Shown piece by piece: positions 48,557 through 56,955 of a stretch of DNA of 64,000 bases. The stretch lies in the NCBI GenBank assembly GCA_026416195.1, contig JAOAFQ010000191.1, positions 28,719 through 92,718 on the forward strand, in the 5' to 3' direction. A program made the position numbers and the translations under genes. Position 1 is the stretch's first letter. Every line of letters starts with the position of its first letter. Source of the stretch: Candidatus Aminicenantes bacterium (GTDB lineage Bacteria; Acidobacteriota; Aminicenantia; Aminicenantales; CALLJL01). The notes below the pieces were generated by a model, which was not told the DNA's origin, did no database searches, and saw only the letters and a program-made list of their open reading frames with translations.

Positions 48557-50050
48557 ATGAGAAGAAAATCTTTTCTCTCAAAATGCTCCCCAGGTTTCCT
48601 CTTATCTTTCTTTTTATTAATTTCGGCTTCGGCTCAAGAAATTTCTTTTGACCAATACTTTCAGGACCAGGCCCTTAGACTCGATCTTTACCAAGTAGGA
48701 GAGGCCAAAGAGGAATTTATTACTGTCAATCGTCTATATCTTGAGCCTATTTGGCCTGAATCAAGGAAATATTTAATTCAGCCCTTCAATTACGGTCGTT
48801 ATTTAATCAAACTCTACGATGTTGCTTCGAATCAATTAATTTTTTGTCGAGGTTTTGAATCAGTTTTCGGCGAATACCGAACAACTTCGCCGGCTCTAGC
48901 AGGGATTAAAAAGGTCATGGAACGGTCAATTCGCATTCCCTTTCCGAAAAAGCCCGTTTACTTGGTCATTGAAAAACGCAATCGAAAAAATATTCCTTAT
49001 CCTTTTTTTGAAATGACTATTGACCCAATGGATTATCATATTATTCGTGAATCACCTTCTTTTGGGGATGTTATTATCGAAAAACAAAAAACAGGTTCCC
49101 CTCATCAAAAAGTCGATTTAGTTTTCATTGCTGAGGGTTATTTGGCCGAAGATTTAGACAAATTCAAGGCTGACCTAGACCGCTTTACTGACTATCTTTT
49201 CAAAATTGAGCCTTATAATCGCTATCGGGAAGATTTTAACATCTATGGCATTTTTCGACCTTCACCTGAAAGAGCCGTGGATGAACCTAGACAAAGAGTT
49301 TATAAAAAGACAAATCTCAATGCCTCCTTCAATGCTTTTGACCTTGACCGATATATGCTCATTGACGATAATCACCGACTGCGAGCGATGGCGGCTCAAG
49401 TTCCCTATGATACGATCGTGGTTTTAGTTAATAGTGCCCGATATGGTGGCGGCGGTATTGGCTTCGATTATTGCGTCACCACCACTGATCATCCATCAAG
49501 TCTCCAGGTTTTCATTCATGAATTTGGTCATTCTTTCGCTTATCTGGCCGATGAATATTATCAATCAGAGGTTGCCTACAATGAATTTTATCCTCAGGGG
49601 GTTGAGCCTCTCGAACCTAATATTACAGCTCTTCTCGATCCGACCAACATTAAATGGAAAAAATTGCTTTCGCCGAGCATATCTATTCCTACAGAGTACG
49701 GTAAAGAAAAAATCGAAGCTTTCCAAGCAGAAAGAAGGACACTCCGACAAAGACAAATGGAAGAAATAAATGAAGCCAAAAAGAAGGGAGAACCAGAAAT
49801 AAAAATCAAATTGATTCAAGATAAATATCAGGCCAAAGAAAAAGAAATTTTGGCTAAAATAGAGGCAATAAGAAAAGAATTTGCTCATTTAATTGACAAA
49901 GTCGGAGCGTTTGAAGGCGCTGGTTATGCATCCAAGGGCCTTTATCGACCCCAAATTTATTGTCTCATGGGGTCAACTCAAAAGGGTGAGTTTTGTCAAG
50001 TTTGCCAGTGGGCCATTAAGCAAATAATCGACTTTTACTGCGACCGCTAA
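48557..50050 (+). CDS. peptidase M64 (IgA-peptidase-like) family zinc metalloprotease
   Basis: It has a signal peptide, IVVLVNSARYGGGGIGF, the zinc motif IHEFGHSFAYLADEY (HExxH) and a C-terminal Cys pair. Confidence 0.7.
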   Translation: MRRKSFLSKCSPGFLLSFFLLISASAQEISFDQYFQDQALRLDLYQVGEAKEEFITVNRLYLEPIWPESRKYLIQPFNYGRYLIKLYDVASNQLIFCRGFESVFGEYRTTSPALAGIKKVMERSIRIPFPKKPVYLVIEKRNRKNIPYPFFEMTIDPMDYHIIRESPSFGDVIIEKQKTGSPHQKVDLVFIAEGYLAEDLDKFKADLDRFTDYLFKIEPYNRYREDFNIYGIFRPSPERAVDEPRQRVYKKTNLNASFNAFDLDRYMLIDDNHRLRAMAAQVPYDTIVVLVNSARYGGGGIGFDYCVTTTDHPSSLQVFIHEFGHSFAYLADEYYQSEVAYNEFYPQGVEPLEPNITALLDPTNIKWKKLLSPSISIPTEYGKEKIEAFQAERRTLRQRQMEEINEAKKKGEPEIKIKLIQDKYQAKEKEILAKIEAIRKEFAHLIDKVGAFEGAGYASKGLYRPQIYCLMGSTQKGEFCQVCQWAIKQIIDFYCDR

Positions 50051-50080
50051 AAGGCGGCCAAAAAACTTCGGCTAACTTGG

Positions 50081-50269
50081 CTACTTCGTATGGATATTTG
50101 TCGCCACCAACTTCCATTTAGGGTGTTCATAAAGATAACCAAGGTCAAAATTGACCTTATATGGTTGAGTGGCATAATATCCCCTGAGTCTCAAAACGCC
50201 ACTATTATCAATCACTGGTGGTTCACTTAACACTGGCGTATGTCCTTGAACGATAGTTAAATCAATTTT
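50081..50269 (-). pseudogene. C-terminal remnant of a PPP/ApaH-like metallophosphoesterase
   Basis: A 62-codon open frame with no start codon reads KIDLTIVQGHTPVLSEPPVIDNSGVLRLRGYYATQPYKVNFDL.... The GHTP and IDxG blocks are the last motifs of calcineurin-like phosphoesterases. The N-terminal two-thirds of the gene is absent. Confidence 0.45.
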
Positions 50270-50299
50270 TTATTTATAAATTCATGGAAGGCCTGGCGC

Positions 50300-50770
50300 A
50301 ATGAAACTTCATCTGTCTGGTTTTGCCGTCGCCCAAAAGCCAGAGCGACTCATTAATTAAAGGAGCGAGAACTTCAGGCGAAGGAACTTTTTTTGATTCT
50401 TCAGTTAGTCCAGCTACTTTTCTGGTTAAGTTCAGAATTTTCCATTTCCCTTCTTCTTTTAGGAAATCAATTTCGATCGGTACAACCCTCCCTTCTTTGG
50501 TATGAATTGAACCAATTAGCTTTCCCAGATTATTGTTAATTGATCTTGTTGTCCAGGATGCCCTGGCAAAATTACTTAAGGTTTAAGGTGGTAACTTCGA
50601 GAAATCGGCGAAAAATATCCAAAGAGGTTGAGGCTTGAAATTCTTTGACGATCGAATGATAAGCTTCTTATACGTGGTCAGCCTGAATCAAAGTAAAAAA
50701 TTCTTCAGCTGATTTGGCCACATCCTTGGTCGCTTTGTCTGTCAATCAAAAAGCATTATTTTGAAAATTA
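50300..50770 (-). pseudogene. frameshifted lipoprotein-like gene (DUF4878/NTF2-like)
   Basis: Three consecutive minus-strand frames read LTDKATKDVAKSAEEFFTLIQADHV | EAYHSIVKEFQASTSLDIFRRFLEVTTLNLK | FLPGHPGQQDQLTNNLGKLIGSIHTKEGRVVPIEIDFLKEEGKWKILNLTRK.... Joined, they form one coherent protein broken by at least two frameshifts. Confidence 0.3.
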
Positions 50771-50772
50771 GG

Positions 50773-52734
50773 TTACTTTATTTTAAGCTTTTCCAGCAGG
50801 CTCTCGGGAATATGACCATCGACAGTCCATTCCTGAAGCGCGTAATAAGCATCGAGAATAGCTTTGTAATAAATAGGATCAACGGCTTGGCCAGCCTGCG
50901 GCCCACTGGTTAGAGGTTTGAGGAATTTAGGAGGAATAAAAGCATCATAAGCCCTTGTCCTTCCTTGATGTTGATTTATCCAGCGTTCTAAAACATAAAT
51001 TCGGCGGCCGCATTCTCTAAAGCTTTCTGGCGAGTAGCTAAATCCAGTCAAGGCCTCATAGGCTTCCAGAAAATCCGAAGAAAAGTAATCTTCAGGGAAA
51101 AAATCACAAAGCCCAAGAGAATCGGTTAGAGCTTTATTAATCTGCGAATTAATTACATAAGCAGCAATATCTTCAGCCCCGCTTAAACCTGCCTCTTCGG
51201 CCTGAATTGTCCAAGCATAAGTATGATCACCCCGGCCTCGATTCGAAGTACCATAGGCGGTAAACATGCCAGGAAAAACTTTAGGTTCGATACCCGCATA
51301 GCCAAGTCCAGCATAAGCAGTAGTAAAACAATAGACCAATTCTGCTGGACTTAAGTTAAAAGCAGCAATCAAATCAGCGATTATTTGATCAGTCGATTGG
51401 GCCAGAAGCTGACCTAAATCGCTCGATCTATAAGTAATTTCTTTGAGAGCTTTAATCATGCTCTCGACCTCACCAAAAATAGGCCCATTAGGAAAAGGCC
51501 ATAATCCCTTTTCATTAAGTTCCATCACGGCGGCCATGAGGCTTCCAAAGGTCATTGTATCAACGCCAAAATCATTACAGAGATGATTAAGATAAAAAAT
51601 GCCCTCACGATCGGTCAGGCAACAATTTATCCAGAGAGCGATGGTTTCAAATTCAGGTCGAATGCCTTCATGAGCATATGGCCCTTCTTTAACGCTCGCT
51701 GTTCTCGTACAAAGAATGTGGCGACATCGACTACAGACATTATGTTTTCCTGCTATTTCAAGAAAAGCTCGGGTGGAAACTTTTTCATAAAGTTGTGGGT
51801 CAAAATAGCCTTCATCAAAGTTATGCCAAGGAAGGTAGCCGCCAACTTTGCCCAAATAACCACCCCGAAAAGCTCGATCTAGCCACCAGGTAGTTCCAGT
51901 TTCAGGCCTGAATGAAACCGTCCAGTTAGGATCGGCCACATGGGCTTTAATAGCTTCATCAATTTTTCTAACCGCTTCTTTAAAGCGAGTTTCATCTTTG
52001 AAATTAATCTTTTTTTGACCTGAGGCGGTAATCGCTACGAGATTTTTTGAACCAAAGACCGCGCCTGCTCCGCCCCGACCAAAATTCCGGTGATAATCAG
52101 CAGTTAAATTGGCAAAAGCCACCTGATTCCACCCAGTTGGACCCGTAGTTAGAGTTGATGAACCTGGATATTTCTTTGTTAAATAATCAATAATTTGGGA
52201 AGTTGGTCGTAAGACCTTCTGGGCATTCTTTTTTTCAAAAAGCTCTTCTTCAGCCTCAATTATTTCAATCTTTTCTTCTTGAACGAGAATCCTTACAGGC
52301 TTGTCAGCTCGCCCATCGATAATAATTTGATCGACTCCGGCCCTCTTTAGTCGATTATGAAAATGGCCGCCGCAACTTGAATGAGTGATCAAGCCGTAAA
52401 TAGGGGGACAGTTTCCCAACCAGGCCTGGGCTAAGGGGGAAAAAGTCAAGGGACTGATAAAGGAACAGGAACCTCTACCGGCAGTTGGCAAAGAGGTATC
52501 GTTTAAACTAGAATTACCGATGACAAGCCGATTTTCAGGCGAAAGGGGATTTTTTAGCCAGCCAGTTTTTTGAAGATGCTGATAGATCAGAAAAGCCTGC
52601 AAGCCACGACCACCAATAAAAAGTCGGCAAACTTCAGGATCAGCCTCTTGCCAGGTGACTTGGCCAGTATTCAAATCAATAAAAGCCCATCGACCCATAT
52701 AACCAAAAAAAGAAGAAGTTCCCTTCATGATCAC
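50773..52734 (-). CDS. aldehyde ferredoxin oxidoreductase (tungsten AOR family)
   Basis: The N-terminus (GRWAFIDLNTGQVTWQEADPEVCRLFIGGRGLQAFLIY) matches the AOR N-terminal domain pattern (G-ILRVDL-G...FLGGRG). The 653-aa ORF has a Cys-rich centre. Confidence 0.75.
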   Translation of the reverse strand: MIMKGTSSFFGYMGRWAFIDLNTGQVTWQEADPEVCRLFIGGRGLQAFLIYQHLQKTGWLKNPLSPENRLVIGNSSLNDTSLPTAGRGSCSFISPLTFSPLAQAWLGNCPPIYGLITHSSCGGHFHNRLKRAGVDQIIIDGRADKPVRILVQEEKIEIIEAEEELFEKKNAQKVLRPTSQIIDYLTKKYPGSSTLTTGPTGWNQVAFANLTADYHRNFGRGGAGAVFGSKNLVAITASGQKKINFKDETRFKEAVRKIDEAIKAHVADPNWTVSFRPETGTTWWLDRAFRGGYLGKVGGYLPWHNFDEGYFDPQLYEKVSTRAFLEIAGKHNVCSRCRHILCTRTASVKEGPYAHEGIRPEFETIALWINCCLTDREGIFYLNHLCNDFGVDTMTFGSLMAAVMELNEKGLWPFPNGPIFGEVESMIKALKEITYRSSDLGQLLAQSTDQIIADLIAAFNLSPAELVYCFTTAYAGLGYAGIEPKVFPGMFTAYGTSNRGRGDHTYAWTIQAEEAGLSGAEDIAAYVINSQINKALTDSLGLCDFFPEDYFSSDFLEAYEALTGFSYSPESFRECGRRIYVLERWINQHQGRTRAYDAFIPPKFLKPLTSGPQAGQAVDPIYYKAILDAYYALQEWTVDGHIPESLLEKLKIK

Positions 52735-52836
52735 CTCTAAATTATTCTTAATCGTCGAAATTATATCTCTGCTTCAAAAACTTAGCAAAATTTTTATAGG
52801 CCGATAGGCTTATTATTAATAACTCAAGACCAAATC

Positions 52837-53763
52837 TTAAAGACTTAATTGACCTGGAAGTTTGGCAAAAAGCCGAGTTAAATCAATTCTTTTCAAGCCA
52901 CAGAGATATCTAGTCAATCTCTCTATGCCAAGGCCAAATCCGGCTGAAGGATAAAGGCCTCTTTTGGCAATTTCAAGGTAAGGAGAAAAATCTTCAGGCT
53001 TCATTCCCTTCTTTAAAATTCGATCGCAAATTCTTTCTAACAAATATTCTCTCTCCCCCCCTGAAAGAGCTTCGCCGTAACCTTCAGGATAAATTAGGTC
53101 CATATCAACGAGAATTCCCGGACGAGCCTCATCTTCCCGATCATAAAATTCGCGGCTCTCAATCGGAAAATCAAGCACCCAGATAGGTGAGGTTGAGGAT
53201 AGAGAGAGTTTTTCCTCAAAATCAGGACCAAATTGTTTTTCTGCTTCTTTGTAAGTTATGCGGGGAAAAGGCGATTTTGGAATGTCTAGCTGACGACCAA
53301 AAAACTCAAGATCCTCTTTACTCTTTTGTTTAACAGCCAAAACAATCGAGCCAAAAAGAGCCTCGCCTAAAGCGATAACTTCATCTCGCGTGGCCTCTTT
53401 TATTTCAAGATCAAGTTGAACAAATTCAATCAAATGCTTGCCCGAGTTTTGACGGTCCACAGCTTCGATGCGGACATTGGGCGAAAAACAAAAAATTCGG
53501 GGATGAGCCAAAAGAGCAATCTGCTTATGAAAAATCATGCTTTTAGTGATTTGATATTTGAAGCCATAGCATTCGATTTCTCCCCTCACTCGGTGATCGG
53601 TCAAAGGATCGGTTATTGACGAGATAACCACGGGTAAAATTTCTATAAAACCTTGAGAACGAAGAAATTCTCGGGATGCATCTAAAACTGTCGATTGAAT
53701 TCGCAGGGCTCGGCGAAGAGCCTCTGATCGCCATAAATCTAAAGCCTTATCAATGTCAAACAT
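52837..53763 (-). CDS. class II aminoacyl-tRNA-synthetase-like catalytic core paralog (AsnA/archaeal asparagine synthetase A-like)
   Basis: It has motif 2 (RIEAVDRQNSGKHLIEFVQLDLE) and motif 3 (GFGLGIERL). At 308 aa it has no anticodon-binding domain. Confidence 0.55.
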   Translation of the reverse strand: MFDIDKALDLWRSEALRRALRIQSTVLDASREFLRSQGFIEILPVVISSITDPLTDHRVRGEIECYGFKYQITKSMIFHKQIALLAHPRIFCFSPNVRIEAVDRQNSGKHLIEFVQLDLEIKEATRDEVIALGEALFGSIVLAVKQKSKEDLEFFGRQLDIPKSPFPRITYKEAEKQFGPDFEEKLSLSSTSPIWVLDFPIESREFYDREDEARPGILVDMDLIYPEGYGEALSGGEREYLLERICDRILKKGMKPEDFSPYLEIAKRGLYPSAGFGLGIERLTRYLCGLKRIDLTRLFAKLPGQLSL

Positions 53764-54093
53764 AATAAACCTCCTCTCGGGTAATTTAACTTGAGGAATT
53801 GGATGACAAGTGCACGTCCCCCTTAAAAGGGGACGTTATTATTGTTAGCGTTGAAAAGAAGGATTGGACGAGAAGAAAAGCAGACTAATTTGGATTGAAG
53901 ATTAATTAATCTTTTTTTCTGCTTTTCTTTCATTATTTAAATTTATATCACCAGGTCTAAACAAATTCAAGATCAATTTTTTAATTTTTCGACAAAGGAC
54001 CTATCTACTTGAAAAAATAAAATTGATTTTAAATAAAATTGGCCGTATTGAATTAAAGAATGATTCAAAGAATTGATTGAAAAGGAGGCAAAG

Positions 54094-56028
54094 ATGAGAA
54101 AAATTTTTTTCAATCGGCTTTGGCTGATAAGTTTGATTATTGGACTTATTTTCTATTTCGCTTCTTTTTTGGTGGCCAAAAATTCCAATGACCGAATAAC
54201 TCTCAATAGAGATAAATTGCTTACCATTGCCATTCAAGGACAAGTAGCGCATCCCCAACCATCTAGAAATTATCTCACGACTTGGGATGGAAAACCTAAA
54301 ATGGCCATTGGAATAGGTGGAATTAATTACAATCTAAAGTTAGGCCATCCAGTATTCGGCTGGGCTAATGCTGATCAAGCCACTATGGAAGTAGCTACCG
54401 AAGGGACCGGGGAAGAAAGATTTCGTGAAGCCTGGTTGATTTACTCGGCCGTGGGAAATAAAGTCCAAATTTTAAGTGGTGAGGCTAAAGGTGCCAATGG
54501 AATTGTTGTCGGTAAGTTTGGCAACTACGTTCTTGTCCATTTTGAAAACGAAATCAAAGAAAAATTGGCCATTGGTGATCTTCTCCAGATTAAAGCCACC
54601 GGAGTCGGTCTAAAAATTGAAGAATTTCCGGATATTTTTCTTCACAGTATCGCACCTGACGTTATTGAAAAAATGAATCTTCGCCGCCTTGGAAATCAAT
54701 TAGAAGTCCCAGTGGTTAAAATTATCCCAGCTGAGATAATTGGCCAGGGCGCCGGCCGCACCAGTCTTTATGGCCATTTTTGCCTCCAGACCTGCTATCC
54801 TCCAGATATCGAAAAATATGGACTTAAAGAACTCTGCTTTGGTGACCTTGTCTTTCTTGAAAATACTCAGAATGATTATGGTAAAGGATATTATAAAGGG
54901 GCTGGAACTGTAGGCCTCGTCTGCAGTGGCCCTAGTGACATTTCTGGGTTAGGCATAGGTGTGCTAGCCATTCTTTCAAGTCGACAAGGGACAATTCTCC
55001 CTCGAGTTGATCCTGAAGCTAATATTGCCCGTTATCTAGGGTTAAAGATTCCGAGAAAAGCAACCCTCTTTTCTAATTCAAATTTTTCTCCATCCGTCCT
55101 CTCAGACATAAAACAGACTTCATCTGACTCATCAAAGTCAAAGAACAAAATCAAAACCAATAAAGATCAGCTTTTGACTATAGCTGTAGAGGGGGTGGTT
55201 CAGCCGGCTGGCTTCGCCAGTGGACGCGGCTACACAACTACTTACGACGGGCAACCTAAGTTAGGCATAGGCATGGCTTCCATTAATTATACGGTTACTT
55301 ATGGTGATTCTACCTATGGTTGGGCTGAGGGAGATCATGTTGAACCAGACGTTACTATTCAGGGAAGGGATAGGGCTGTCCCTAGTGAATGCGCCTTGGC
55401 TATTCTAGCCTGTATTGGCAATGAGGCTCGAGTTTTAACTGGAGAGGCAAAAGGCGCCAAAGGAATCTTTATTGGCCGACATGCTGGGTCGGATGATCTT
55501 GTCTGGTTTCCGGCCGAAGTCAAAGATAAATTAGCCCTGAATGACCGAATTTTAATCAAAGCGCGAGGCGTTGGCCTTAAAATCCTTGGCTTTGAAGATG
55601 TTCGGATTAATAAAATTGATCCTGAAGCTCTTGAAAAAATTGGCCTAACGATCGAAAATGATCAGCTGGTTGTTCCTGTAGTCATGGAAATTCCAGGCCA
55701 TATCATGGGTTCTGGTATGGGTGGCTCTTTCCTCGAAACCATTGATTATGACATTCAAACCACCTGCCCCGAGACGGTGAATAAATACAATTTGAAAAGG
55801 CTTCGTCTCGGAGATCTAGTGGCGATCAAAGATCATTATAATTTTTATGGTCGGGGACGTTACCAAGGCGCCGTTACTATTGGGGTAATTATTCATGGTT
55901 TTAGCGATTACGCTGGCCATGGTCCAGGAGTTAATCCTATTCTCAGCGCTCTCCCTGGCCGAATAAAAACCAGAATCGATCCTCAAGCTAACATGGCTTT
56001 AATTCTGGGAATAAGGAAAAAATTGTAA
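54094..56028 (+). CDS. membrane-anchored protein built from two tandem copies of a roughly 300-aa domain (DUF4438-like)
   Basis: An AAGGAGG RBS precedes the ATG at 54094. An N-terminal TM helix is present. Residues about 40–330 and about 370–651 are clearly homologous, for example LLTIAIQGQVAHP/LLTIAVEGVVQPA, SGEAKGANGIVVG/TGEAKGAKGIFIG, IKATGVGLKI/IKARGVGLKI and RVDPEANIA/RIDPQANMA. Confidence 0.5.
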   Translation: MRKIFFNRLWLISLIIGLIFYFASFLVAKNSNDRITLNRDKLLTIAIQGQVAHPQPSRNYLTTWDGKPKMAIGIGGINYNLKLGHPVFGWANADQATMEVATEGTGEERFREAWLIYSAVGNKVQILSGEAKGANGIVVGKFGNYVLVHFENEIKEKLAIGDLLQIKATGVGLKIEEFPDIFLHSIAPDVIEKMNLRRLGNQLEVPVVKIIPAEIIGQGAGRTSLYGHFCLQTCYPPDIEKYGLKELCFGDLVFLENTQNDYGKGYYKGAGTVGLVCSGPSDISGLGIGVLAILSSRQGTILPRVDPEANIARYLGLKIPRKATLFSNSNFSPSVLSDIKQTSSDSSKSKNKIKTNKDQLLTIAVEGVVQPAGFASGRGYTTTYDGQPKLGIGMASINYTVTYGDSTYGWAEGDHVEPDVTIQGRDRAVPSECALAILACIGNEARVLTGEAKGAKGIFIGRHAGSDDLVWFPAEVKDKLALNDRILIKARGVGLKILGFEDVRINKIDPEALEKIGLTIENDQLVVPVVMEIPGHIMGSGMGGSFLETIDYDIQTTCPETVNKYNLKRLRLGDLVAIKDHYNFYGRGRYQGAVTIGVIIHGFSDYAGHGPGVNPILSALPGRIKTRIDPQANMALILGIRKKL

Positions 56029-56108
56029 ATAAATTCTCAAAACATATTACTTAACTACTAAACAATCTTATTTTTTTCTTATATTTAGTCAGTCATTTTT
56101 CAAAAAAA

Positions 56109-56741
56109 TTAGGGAGTCTCAATATATTTTTTAAGAGCGAGAAGCGATTTTTTTACTCTTTGTTTATATAATTGACGAATTAATAATTCTGCCAGTTTCC
56201 ATTTTGGCTTCAATTGACTTCCATAACGGGCTAGAGTTTTATTTCCTGGCCAAGAATAAAGTCGCCAAAATCCGCGAAATTCTTTTAAGTCATTTTCAGT
56301 TTCCAGGTCTAAAGTCCAATATATGGCTTTTATTTCTGGAAGATACCGATGATTAACCGTAAATTCAAGGTCAAGACCAAGAATTTCAATTTTAAAATAA
56401 ACTCTATCCCAGCTTTCTTCCCTTTTTAGACATTTAGCTTCTTTAATCTCAACAAGATACTCAGCTTGATTTTCAGGTTGACTAAGAAGGAGCCAAACTC
56501 TCTCTATCGGCTCATTGAGAAGAAGAGCCGCCGTGACAATTGTTTGCCCATCGCCTAAAATCAAGGGCTCTTCAGGAATTACAATTTCTTCAGCTAAAAG
56601 TTTCGCCTTATCTTCCGTAGACAAACCGCCAAGGCCATCAGGTCCAAAATCGGGCCATTCACTTGGCCACGACCATAGTGAAACTAGCCAATTCATCGCG
56701 ATTGAAAAAATAACCGCTCCCGGTATAAACATTTTGACCAT
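56109..56741 (-). CDS. secreted SRPBCC/START-like fold protein (tentative)
   Basis: The 210-aa ORF has a signal peptide. Its roughly 150-aa body has a SRPBCC-like pattern (WDRVYFKIEILGLDLEFTVNHRY). The call is weak. Confidence 0.3.
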   Translation of the reverse strand: MVKMFIPGAVIFSIAMNWLVSLWSWPSEWPDFGPDGLGGLSTEDKAKLLAEEIVIPEEPLILGDGQTIVTAALLLNEPIERVWLLLSQPENQAEYLVEIKEAKCLKREESWDRVYFKIEILGLDLEFTVNHRYLPEIKAIYWTLDLETENDLKEFRGFWRLYSWPGNKTLARYGSQLKPKWKLAELLIRQLYKQRVKKSLLALKKYIETP

Positions 56742-56955
56742 TACAATATTTTTTTTAATAAAATTAAGCTTAGATTAGCAACCTTCAAAAGCTTGATCAA
56801 GATCAAACCTACTTAACTAGTTAAACTAGCAATTATTTTGATTAAGCAAAGGTTTTCCTTGCAATTATCCTTTTTATATTGAAATTAAAATTATTTTTAA
56901 GACTAAAAAAATTTTAAAATATCTGAACAAGCCGAAAAATTTACTGGAGGAAAAA

